Below, in pieces: positions 1 to 15,650 of a DNA stretch of 64,000 nucleotides; positions within the stretch are counted from its first letter, which is position 1, and each line of letters opens with the position of its first letter. The stretch is taken from the NCBI RefSeq assembly GCF_009914755.1, contig NC_060948.1. One strand, given 5' to 3'. Made by a program: the position numbers and the translations under genes. Origin of the DNA: the human T2T-CHM13v2.0 reference genome, Homo sapiens. The notes below the pieces were generated by a model. It was given only the letters and a program-made list of their open reading frames with translations. It was not told where the DNA came from and did not search any database.

Positions 1-4082
<4,082 letters not shown>

Positions 4083-4391
4083 AAATTCCATTTAACAAAA
4101 GTATTTGATAATTTTTAAAACTTGTTTGAGCAAATAAAAAAGGATTATGGTTTGATTGGATAAGTGTGAGCTTAAGGAAAAGAGCTTTTCTTCTTTTTCT
4201 TGTTATTTTATGGTTTGGGAAGGCATCAAAGAGGAAGAGAAAAACAGGAAAAGGAGAGAAGGAGTGTGGTTGTACACTCAGATTGGTAATAGGAAAGACA
4301 TGGTCATAGGAAGGAACATTTGCCAGGGTCTCGTGCTTTTTCTACAAATAAAAGTAATTCTGTCATTTATTTGATACATATAAATGGATGT

Positions 4392-4417
4392 GACTGACAT
4401 ATTTTGTCACTTTTTAG
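4392..4417 (+). promoter_or_regulatory. Branch point, pyrimidine tract and AG splice acceptor of the terminal exon
   Basis: CTGAC at 4394-4398, then ATTTTGTCACTTTTTAG|G with the AG at 4416-4417. Confidence 0.8.
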
Positions 4418-4476
4418 GATCTCATCTTATGCATCATCATCCACATCATTACAAGCCTTCTCCAGAAAGATACTAA
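4418..4476 (+). pseudogene. ANOS2P: Coding part of the last exon of the anosmin-1 gametolog, probably the Y pseudogene ANOS2P/KALP
   Basis: After the acceptor: GA TCT CAT CTT ATG CAT CAT CAT CCA CAT CAT TAC AAG CCT TCT CCA GAA AGA TAC TAA = (R)SHLMHHHPHHYKPSPERY*. This matches the recalled ANOS1 C-terminus RSHLKHRHPHHYKPSPERY except K>M and R>H. ANOS1 family assignment is strong; Y versus X is an inference. Confidence 0.82.
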
Positions 4477-5699
4477 ACTGTTCAAAAAGATTTTTTAAAA
4501 TTGCACAGATGTGTAAGCTTGTTGAACTTCGGCCACAAGACATGCATACTTCCAGAGGCAGTGGTAACTGCTCAGAGGCCCGGACTCTCCTATGTGACTT
4601 TAGTGCAGGAAGAACTTCTGTCAATCACGGACGCATCTGGAGACAAGTGAGAAACAGTAGATTGGTGAAGACAGACACCAGTTCCCTACAAACATGGAGA
4701 AAATGAAGAATAGGCCTTTTTAATGCTAAATTTTGTTTTCATGTATGGTGTCGCTCATTTCTATTGAATTACAACAGAGCTCAGTTTTCCCTGAATTTGG
4801 AGCACCAAATTCTGCCCCAAAAAGTAGAGTAACAAATACACAATTCACTCATAATGCTAAGCATAAATCTAATCAATAAAATATATTTTGACTAAATTAT
4901 TGATACGATATGAAAAATCAACTAAGATTATACAGCTTTGTTTATTCAAATCTTTCCTAAGATCATTTTTATCTTAGGTGATTTTTAAATGAAAATGTGT
5001 AATCTAAAATATACCAGTGAATTTAAATCTAAAAACGCTCCTACTTTAAGTACCTTATGCTGCTCTTTATGCAAAGGTAAATCAAAGTTCCCTCTATAAA
5101 TTGTGATTTACAAAAGACAGCCAAGCCAAAGGAACTCAATGAAATAAGCCGCTAACCAGATTTTACCTTGGAGAAATGAAAATTATTTCTTGAGGATGCC
5201 TTTTAATATTTGATTCCATTATGTGAGAGATTTTCCTGATATGTTATCTTATTTATATTTTCCCGTATTTTCCTCAATGCTGCTAATAGCTTTTGCTGCA
5301 CTTTTGTTTCACCATCTGAAAATTCACAAAACTTCTTGCTTCAAATGAAAAAATCCCAACTATTGAGCATGTTTAAATCTTTGCAGAGATTTGCCTTTTC
5401 TTAATCAAAGAAAGGTCTTTGTGTGCTAGAATATTATTGGTAATGTTTAAAAAAGGCCTTTGATTGATAGAGAAGGACAGTTATTTGCATTTAATTCACC
5501 CATATGCTTTCAAATCTATTATATCTTACTTTTTGGAAATTTTTTATGCTACAGATTAGTGCCTTGTAGCACAAACTTAAGTCAAAACATGTTATCAATA
5601 TAGACTGTTGCAGTGTATATTATAACAACCTAAAACGCAGAGAAGTTTAATTTGATACTGTTTTTTTTCTTGAAGGAATACTCACATACATGGTTTGAA

Positions 5700-5812
5700 A
5701 TGTGCATAGATATGCATGTCTATATAATTATAAATGCATGTGTATATGTATATGCAAATATATGTACATATACATATATATACACACAGACACATGCATA
5801 TACATAAATATA
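5700..5812. repeat. (TA/CA/TG) alternating purine-pyrimidine low-complexity tract in the 3'UTR
   Basis: ATATGTACATATACATATATATACACACAGACACATGCATATACAT... Confidence 0.8.
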
Positions 5813-7512
5813 CCTTGAGCATGAATCCCTGCAGAAATCGTTTTCATAGCTCACCAATGGTGAGTAAAGATACAGCTCTTTTAAAGGTTATAAGGATAAT
5901 ATATTTTCCCCATCAATGCTGATTCTGAGAAAAGAGCAATTTATCAAAATTGAACACTGTAAAAGAAAGGTGTCCACATGTCTTTACCTACATAAGTAAA
6001 ACAGGAAGAAAATCAGTAACATTATCCTTAGGTTTTGACAATGGTACTTGCTTCTTGTTGTTTTATTATTTCCTGAATTCATGCAGATGCCTGGCCATTC
6101 CTGGGAAGAGTGGATAACCCAGAAATCACTGTACTCCACAGAGCCTCACTGCAGTGTCTAAAAGCAGATGCAAATTAAAATGCAGGGAAAATAACTTTTC
6201 TGATGTTGATGCGTGTCATTAGGAAACACATTTATAAACATGGATACCTGATAATAGATATTGAAACCCATTTCCTGTGTGTTAAAATATTTAAAAAGTG
6301 AATATTCCAGGAATGTTTTGCAGCTTTGTACAAGTAACATAAATTGGACACCTCAGAATGAAAGTTCATGTTGGTTCTGAATGGTTCGCTGCAGCTCTTG
6401 TCACAGGCTGGGATGGATTTATCACACTGAGTTGTGAAATTACCTGGTTCTAAGAATTTTTGAGTGGCAAAAATAGAAAACAGTCTTCATTTGAAAACAT
6501 CCCTAAGCTTGAATAAATGGATACCATAGATAGCTTCTCTAAAACTATGTTTTAGTCTGGTGTCATTACCAGCACCTGAATTTCAAGTTCTTAAAATTTC
6601 AAAAATTAAAATTTTTCATTATTGGCTATCCATTGATCTTTTGCATGAACTTGTCATGAACAAATCCAAATGTTTATGCCAGCAAATTTCTGTACTATTA
6701 CATAGTGAAAAATGCTGGGAGTCTATACATAGATACAAAATATTATTAAATTATTACATAAATTTAATTTTATAAATTTAATCATGCTTCTTTTGTCTGG
6801 GTAATAGACATTGGACAGATATTTTTAGTTCAGATGGTGATTCTGAAGCTTACATCTCCCTTAAAAGAATCTAAAGCATCTCTTGTGGGCTTCTAATTTT
6901 GATATAAATAAATAATTTAAATTTTATTGGTGTTATTGGAAGAAAAATGCTATTAATAGGCTAGTAAAAAATGTGTTTCTCTTATGGATTTTAATAAGCT
7001 CCAGTATTATTCAAATGATCAAAAATATAGTTACAATTTTTTGAATTTTAAAAATGTGATGGCTCTAATAAAGGATAAAATCTATGCTTTTTAACAAACA
7101 TAGTTTTGGTGCCTAATTCTGTAATACATTTTATTGAAATTAGATTCATTTCTCTAATGTGAGAAAAATATATCCAGTAATAGTATTGACTGTTTAAAAA
7201 ATTGAGCTCATCAAAAATATTGTCATCAAATACAGGTGGTTAATTTGATATACATTGCAGTTACATGTTTTATTTTTATTTACAACATTTGCTCCTTAAT
7301 GATGAATTTATCTGTGTTACCCTGTTTTTCTACCTGGAACTCCATAGAATGATGTTTGCAAACCAACATGTGCTCTTTTCAGTGTTTTAATATGAGATAG
7401 TAGAGAAGATAAGGTTTATGGCAGTAATTTTTTGTAATGTGTATTAAACGAAGTTCAAAGATTAGAAATACATCTGTGTCCTGAAAATCTTAGATACATA
7501 GCCGATTGTATA

Positions 7513-7728
7513 CAGAGGTTCATCTCAAACTCAACACTATTGACTTTTGGGGCTGGATAGTTCTCTGTTGTGGGGGTTTGTCTTGTGCACTGTAGGTTTT
7601 TAGTAGCATCCACACTTTCTCCTCACCAGATGCCAGTTGCACCCTCCCCCAAGTTGAGACAACCAAAAATGTCTCCAGATATTGCCAGCTACTCCTTGAG
7701 GGATGGTACCTCTGGTTGAGAACCATTG
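7513..7728 (-). mobile_element. MER20 (hAT-Charlie MITE) inside the 3'UTR
   Basis: CACTATTGACTTTTGGGGCTGGATAGTTCT...CCAAAAATGTCTCCAGATATTGCC...GGTTGAGAACCATTG, the reverse complement of MER20. Confidence 0.85.
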
Positions 7729-8654
7729 CTAGAGAATGATGTTTACTGAATAGATGAGAATTTGCCCTTTATAAGAAACCCAGTAAATTTCTAGAGCAAA
7801 AACTAAGGGACAGCTAAGAAGTTATTATGGTTGACTTCAAAAGCCTCAACTGTGTCTTTTATGTCCACTAAACAACTTAATTAAAAGATGGAATTTTGAC
7901 TCGTGTCTGTATCATACAAGTACAAATAGTAATTTTGCCCTATGTATGTGTAAATGTTATTTGTGATATTGTCTTATTTATTTAATGCCCTTTCTTATGC
8001 CGTGGGTTTTCAAGTTTACTCATTTCTATGGTTGCAAATAACTCTAAAACTTATTATATAAACTTTCATATTATAGGCAGAACACAATGGCTAAATATCT
8101 GTTTCATGTACTTCAAAGTTTATTATAAGATATATTATAATTATAATATATTATAATATATATATTATATATTATATATATATAATATAATATATTATAA
8201 GATATATTATAAACAGATATATAAAGATGTTGACTCTTACCTGTGATTTTGCATGGCCAGACTCGGTGTCAGGTACAGAAAGGATGGTCATGACTGTCTT
8301 ACCTCTACTGAATATTTTAGCGAGTTATATGATTTACGGAGTGATTAACAGAGGTCTACATAAAGTTACTTTTCCCCTTTACTTAATTATATTGTAGTGT
8401 GCAGATAAAAAAACTACTACCTTCTCATCCAAGTGGTCTGTAGAATTCATGTTCCTTACAGTGGTCATTTAAAGTCAATATTTATTTATTTATGTATGTA
8501 ATAAAAAAAGTTGGATTTTTGTGTATGTCTGTCATGTTATTTAGAGAGAAGTAATCTTGTAAAAATGTTTTGTAAAAAACAAAAAAATTGTAAATAGTCT
8601 TGATATTCTGTGACTCATTATTTTTATGTTAGAGTTTGTACAAACTGGTTCAAT

Positions 8655-8660
8655 AATAAA
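8655..8660 (+). terminator. Polyadenylation signal AATAAA (an alternative one lies at 8500-8505)
   Basis: Canonical hexamer with upstream TGTA motifs and a T-rich stretch at about 8693-8716; repeats resume immediately afterwards. Confidence 0.6.
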
Positions 8661-8716
8661 GTATCCATAAACCACACCAAGGAGTCGACTCATTTATTTC
8701 TTAAAGAAACATTTTT

Positions 8717-8858
8717 GCTGGGCAAGTGGCATGCACCTGTAGTCTCAGCTACTCAGGAGACTGAATTAGAAGGATCACTTGAGTCCTGAATGTTTGAGAC
8801 CAGCCTGGGCAACATAGCAAGGCCCTGTCTCCAAACTTAAAGAAAAAAAAAGAAAAGA
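8717..8858 (+). mobile_element. Free Alu monomer (FLAM-like)
   Basis: A single arm GCTGGGC...TTTGAGACCAGCCTGGGCAACATAGCAAG followed by an A-rich tail. Confidence 0.8.
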
Positions 8859-9351
8859 AACTTTATTGAATTTAAGAAGAAAAATGGACAGTTCCTGCTG
8901 CCAAGGAGATTCAAAAGCTCTCTTTCCATGTCAGTGTTAATGGAATTTGAGGTCTGGTAAATGTTAACAAGACAGCACTTCATCCTAATGAAAGTATATT
9001 GGAGTTTGACAACCAACACTTTAGGTTTCTATCATCATGTTTACAATTGTAACTCCTGATGGTTTCAGTGGTATATTAAGTCAAGGATATACAATTTTAA
9101 GCTGTTTTTCTTTTGCCACCAATATTTACTCCTAAAATTGTAGGATATGCAATGCCAATAAGCATTCACCTATATTTCAATCCTACTCAATTGTTTTTCA
9201 ATACTACGTACTACACTATAAGCCTTTAAATCTCCATTATCTAAATAGAGTTTTGAGAGGCTTGTACATCCCCACTTTGACATGCAATTGACCCATAACT
9301 GCTGATGAGTTGGAAAAAATGCCTAAGGAAAAAAAGCATAAGAAATAAAGG

Positions 9352-9861
9352 CTTTTAGGGTATTCACTGAAATTATAAATATTGTACCCATTAAGTAATT
9401 TCTTTTTCCTCCCACTCTCCCAGCCTCTGACCCTCCCACTCTTCCAAGTGTTTATTGTCAATTATCCTACATTCTATGTCCATGTGTACACCTTATTTAG
9501 TTCCCAATTATAAATGAGAACATGTGGCATTTGTCTTTTTGTGTCTGCGTCATTTCAGTTAAGATAATGGCCTCCATTCCATCCATGTGGCTGCAAAAGA
9601 CATGACTGCATTCTTGTTTATGGCTGAATAATATTCCATTGTGTATATAGGGACCACTTATATGCTGTTGGTCATAATGTAAATTAACATGACCTCTATG
9701 GAAAACAATGTGGAGATTTCTCAAAGAACTAAAAATAGAACTACCATTTGACCTAGCAGTCCCACTACTGGGTATCTACCTAGAGAAAAAGCAATCATTA
9801 TATGAAAAAGAATACATGTTTATCACAGCACTATTCACAATAGTAGAGATATGGAAGCAGC
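9352..9861 (-). mobile_element. Old L1 (L1MA/L1PB-like) 3' fragment with an inverted 5' part
   Basis: 9352-9649 is an antisense L1 3' end. 9650-9861 is a sense ORF2 C-terminal piece ([14 protein letters not shown]). Confidence 0.8.
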
Positions 9862-9879
9862 TTATCAAGGCTCTCAGTG

Positions 9880-10307
9880 GAGGATTGCTTGACAATTTTA
9901 TGCCATCTTGAGGTTACAGAAAGAATGGAGGCTTGGATCTTGGCAACACAATTTATGGGAGGGAGAGAAGAGAAGTCCTGACTAGCAAAGGTGGTTTTGT
10001 TACGCAGATGAAACCTCCCAGGTCGCAGCCTTTAGAGAGAATCGATGGTGACTGTTTCTTTCAGACCTTAAAGGTGTTAGGCTTTTAGTTAATTTTTCCT
10101 AGATCCAGACACGGGGGCAGGGAGTGGGTGTCAGAGAAAGCCTGGCTGCAGAAATGCATCAATGCAGATTTTCTCTACATCTACAGATGCAAATTTCCCC
10201 CACAAAAGACGGCTTTGTAGGGCTGTTATTTTCAGGCCCTCTGAACAGCCATCTCTAAATATGTCAAAGAAGGGTTATTTGGGGGTGAAATATTTTGATT
10301 TCTTTCA
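9880..10307 (-). mobile_element. ERV1 MER4-group LTR fragment (MER34/MER39-like)
   Basis: The minus strand starts TGAAAGAAATCAAAATATTTCACCCCCAAATA, typical of MER4-group LTR 5' ends. The left boundary is approximate. Confidence 0.55.
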
Positions 10308-10839
10308 ATGGCTGCTGCCACACCTTACAGCATGAGCACCCATGCAAGTGGCCCCAGGCTTGATTCTTCCCAGTCCCTGAGGCCTGAAATTCCTGGGAGT
10401 TTTCCTGGGAGTTCTTATCCACTCATTGTTTGAGGCTTCACCCAGCCAATCAGCTGCACAGCTTGGGCACCTCACACTGGTCTCCAACCTCCATTCTTCA
10501 TCAAAGATCAGAGAAGCTGGGGCTGCTGACCCAGAGATCGGGCTTGAAGTTTGCAATAAGAATCCAACTTCCTTCACATTATTTTACTTCTTGAGCTACA
10601 CCACAGGGTAAACAGTTTCTCAGGGCCAGTGGAGTGTCCTGGCAGGGACTGAAAACCCAAGAAATATTTTTAGTATTGTTTCCATTGGGGAGGTTTTTTT
10701 TTACACAAATGAGTCCTGAGAATACAGCTTTGTTGTAAATTGGAGACAACTTTTACATATACCACCCATTGACGGAGCATGGTATCAAAGGAGGAAAAGC
10801 TGTAGGGGGATACAAGAAAAATTTTAAAAAAGAGTAAGA

Positions 10840-11130
<291 letters not shown>

Positions 11131-11270
11131 TAGTGCCTTCTCTTGTGCGGAAACACAGAAAGTGTGCCTGCCTATCCTTTCTCTGCCTTGGTATTCCCAC
11201 CTAATAAGGATTTTGCCACTCACTTCATGGTTACTGTGAAGATGGTCATGTAACAGTGCTTGGAAAAATC

Positions 11271-11273
<3 letters not shown>

Positions 11274-11301
<28 letters not shown>
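11274..11301. repeat. (TG)n microsatellite
   Basis: About 14 perfect units. Confidence 0.95.
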
Positions 11302-11319
11302 CTAAAAATGTCAGATGGA

Positions 11320-12391
11320 AGACACCAAAAGCAATGACAACAAAAGTAAAAGTTGGCAAATAGGATCTAATTAAACTTAAGAGCTTCTTCATAGCAAAAG
11401 AAACTGCCAACATAGTAAATAGACAAACTAGAGAATGGGAGAAAATATTTGCAACTTATGCATCTAACAAAGGTCTTATACCCAGCATCCAGCACCGATA
11501 AGGAACTTAAACAAACGTACAAGAAAAAAATCTCATTAAAGAGTGGGCAAAGGATATGAACAGACACTTTTCAAAAGAAGACATACATGTGGCCAACAAG
11601 CATATACAACAAAGCCCAATATCACTGATCATTAGAGAAATGCAAATCCAAACCTCAATGAAAGATCATCTCACACCAGGCAGAATGGGTGTTTTATTAA
11701 AAAGAAAAAAACAACAGGTACTGGCAAGGCTGCAGAGAAAAGGGAATACTTATACACTGTTGGTGGGGGTGTAAATTAGTTCAACCATTGTGAACAACAG
11801 TGTGGCAATTCCTCAAAGAGCTAAAAGCAGAAATACCATTTGACCCAGCAATCCCATTACTGGATATATTTCCAAAGAAATATACATCATTCTACCATAA
11901 GACACATGCATGTAAATGTTCACTGCAGCACTATTGACAATCACAAAAACATAGAATCAACCTAAATGCTCATCACTTGTAGACTGTATAAAGAAAATAC
12001 GGTACATACACACCATGGAATACTACGCAGCCACAAAAAAGAAAAAGATTATCTCCTTTGCAGGAACATAGATGGCCCTGGAGGCCATCATCCTTAGGAA
12101 ACCAACACAGGAACAGAAAAGCCAATACCACATGTTCTCACTTATAAGTGGGAGCTAAATGATGAGAACACATGAACACAAAAAGGGGAAGAACAGATAC
12201 TGGGACCTACTTGAGGGTGGAAGGTGGGAAGAGGGACAGGATCAGGAAAAATAACTAATGAGTACTAGGCTTAGTACATAGGTGATGGAATAATCTGTAC
12301 AACAAACCTCTGTGACAAGAGTTTACCCATATAACATACTTGCATATGTACCCCTGAACCTAAAATAAAACTTAAAAGAAGAAAAAGAAAA
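11320..12391 (+). mobile_element. 5'-truncated older L1PA (L1PA13-16-like): ORF2 3' end and 3'UTR
   Basis: Peptide [16 protein letters not shown]; 3'UTR ...TACTTGAGGGTGGAAGGTGGG...CCCCTGAACCTAAAATAAAA. Confidence 0.88.
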
Positions 12392-13044
12392 TGGAATTAA
12401 TCAGATAAAAAAATTAAAATGCCAAATCACTAAGGTGGGGGAGTGGAAGGTTTGTAATCCCTAAAACAATTTAGAGCAAGTAATAGAAAATTGAGTTGGT
12501 CGTATTTGTACCAATGCTTCTTGATATTCAATCCCTGGCAGTGACGGAATGAAATTTAGAATAAGATGAGGAAAGTGAGCAGTTTATGTAAGATCTGTGT
12601 AATAGAAGGTTCTAATCTACAGAGAACACAGTGAGAAGAATTTGCAAAAGCAAAATCTAAGAATGGAAACAAAATAGAATGAAGAGGGCATTTAGAAAGT
12701 AAGGCAAAGAAAGAATAAGATAAGGGTGGGGAGAGAAGGACAGACCATGAAACCAAAGACATAAGTATTGAAGACTACAATTCGTTTGCATCATAACTAA
12801 GGGCCAGAGGTCTGATTTAGATGCCACAGCAAATTTTGAAATGGGAACACGATAGAGTTAATATTATTGAGTAAATGTTACATATATTCTATATATGAAA
12901 TTGAAGTAGTTGGGAGAACTAGAACTGATAAGGAACAATGTGGAGTCCAAGGCTCCCTGCGTTTTGTGAAATTTAAATTCAAATCCAAGCCTTATGTCAT
13001 TTGCCAATCTTCTTTAAAGGAGTCTCTCCCTCTTTCTTTTTTTT

Positions 13045-13300
13045 TTTAACTTTGTATTTTGAGAAAATTGTAGACTCACATGCAATTATAAGAAATAATA
13101 GAGATTATGAATTATCCTGAACACTTCATTTAGTTTCCCACAATGGTGACATCTTTCAAAACTACAGTATAGTATCACAACCAGGAAATTGACATTGATA
13201 CAAACCATATCCTTTATTCAGATCTCATAGGTTTGATATACACACAGTATTGTGTGTGTAGGTGTTTGCATGTACCTGGTTCTATTCAATTTTACACGCA
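13045..13300 (-). mobile_element. Ancient L1M (L1MC/ME-like) 3' end fragment
   Basis: TTTCAAAACTACAGTATAGTATCACAACCAGGAAATTGACATTGATAC motif preceded by a T-run. Confidence 0.6.
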
Positions 13301-13837
13301 AATTATTTGCAATCTGTTTACACAAATGAGTCGTTGTGTTTTAAGTAGATAAACCTCTGAGGGACACAGAATGACTTAAAGAAATTAGTTTTCAGGAGGT
13401 ATGGCATATTTTTGCACATTTCCCCAGGGCTGAGTGCAACTTACTTTGTGCTGATTTTAACTTTAACATTCTAGGAATGATCTACTCAATATGCATGTGA
13501 TGCCATCTTCAATTTCTGTCAGTGAATTGTTTTCATAAAGTGGCCGAGCACATAACAAGTCTGTTTAGAAAAATCCATCTTGTCAAAGGAAACAAGATGT
13601 TTGAATATGGAAAATCTATAGATTTGAAAAATGAGTTCACTGAGAGAAATCCTGGTGCACATTTGTAGTCTAGACATGGATTTGAGAAAAGAAAAAGAAC
13701 AGTGAAATCCTTTATTGGTTGGAAAACTAAAGATTGCCCAAAGTAGAAAGAATAATCGAGTTTCAGATTAAGGTAATACTTAAAGATTGAGTTTTGCACA
13801 ATTGACTCTGATTATTAGCATGACTCTGACCCTGGGT

Positions 13838-14010
13838 CAGAGGCTTTCAAAACTGGCTGCCTAATAGAACTCCCAGGGGAGATTTTAAGAAGTCCAGTGT
13901 CCTCTGGCACCTAAAGATCAGGAAAGAAGTATCGACATTGCACACTAGTGCTAGTTTAAAGGGTCCCCAGGTGATTCTAATATGTGCCCAGTGCCACAAA
14001 CTACTCTTCC
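13838..14010. mobile_element. MER5-like hAT MITE
   Basis: TTTCAAAACTGGCTGC...AGAACTCCCAGGGGAG...CCCCAGGTGATTCTAATATG. Confidence 0.55.
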
Positions 14011-14855
14011 AGACCACGAGAAGCTATTGAATGATAAATGTTAGAAACATTCCTACTTGCAGAGCTGAAGAAGCAAAAAGTCATATTGAAGCATCGCATT
14101 TTTATCTCAGTGCACCAGAATATACTGAAGTTTTTCTCCTCAAATTCCCTGGATTAAGTTATATATAAAGATGTAGATGCAGACATGAAAATGCATGCAA
14201 ATACATACACATGTAGATAAATATAGATAAAGCTATCAAAGGCATCTTCCTTTCAATCTTCTTTTGAGTATAATTCGGAATTTATCCTGAGAAATACTGA
14301 TAAAATATAGGGCTAGGCAAATATAATTTGGGATGCTGTAGAGTGTTATTAGTAGAAACGACTTCTCTTTTCTGAGCCTTGTGAAATAGCTTTCAAGGGG
14401 CAGCTGGTAGTGATTTAAGGGCAGTCACAGAGACAGCCAATTAGAGTTAATCAGTCATTATATTTACAGCATCAGACTATCATGCAATACAAAACGGATG
14501 CCGACTTGACCTTTTCATCCCCTATATTTCCTTCCCCATCTCAAACAGCAGCCAATCTTATGCAATTGGCTTCATTATGAATAATGGGAAGCATCTTACA
14601 TTCCTTTGTAGGGTGGTCCAAGTCAGTATGGCATAGGATGGTTCACAAGGCCCTGTCTTTAGCTTTTTGTAGTTTACTTGAGAGACCACTAATAGAATTA
14701 ACCTCTACAGCTAATATTTACTGAGGAACCACTAATTGTAAGGTACACTAAGTTTATTACTGACATTCCTTCATTCATTTCTACAGCCACCCTATGGCTG
14801 GCCATATTTTAAAGCTGAGGACAGTGAGGCAAAGATCATTTAAACCAATAGCCCA

Positions 14856-15240
<385 letters not shown>

Positions 15241-15334
15241 TTAACCGTTAATCTTTTCTGCCTGTCAGACTGTCCTCCAATAAGGGCAAGTAGCAAAAGA
15301 TACTACATAGTTTGTAGCAAGTAAGCACATGGTT

Positions 15335-15650
15335 TTATATATGTGTATATAAATGTATGGGTAAATATGCATATGTGTATGAAATATTCTGTATACATGC
15401 ATAGATGATATATGTGTGAAATATGCTATACTTCTGCATGAAATACTATTTATATGCAGAGTACTATGTATTATATATATGCATGAGATACTATATATAT
15501 TAGAATATTATATATCATAAAATATGTTGTATGTGTGTATAAATACTGTGTATATATGTATGGAATACTATGCATATAAGTATGAAATTTGATATACATA
15601 TGAAATGTATATGATAGTAAATGTATAGGATACTAAATATATTATCTATG
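15335..15650. repeat. Degenerate (TA/TG)-rich low-complexity region
   Basis: Repeated ATATGTGTAT and AAATACTA-like units. Confidence 0.75.

Larger units (their letters stand above)
4477..8680 (+). other. ANOS2P: Long AT-rich 3'UTR homolog of ANOS1
   Basis: About 4.2 kb of AT-rich, almost repeat-free sequence after the stop, ending at AATAAA 8655-8660. The length fits the recalled ~6.3-kb ANOS1 mRNA. The end position is approximate. Confidence 0.72.

Noticed and set aside
4418-4476. Calling this the functional X-linked ANOS1 CDS
   Set aside because: Two differences from the recalled ANOS1 protein and an adjacent sense young L1 favour the Y pseudogene. Functional ANOS1 cannot be fully excluded without alignment or species information.
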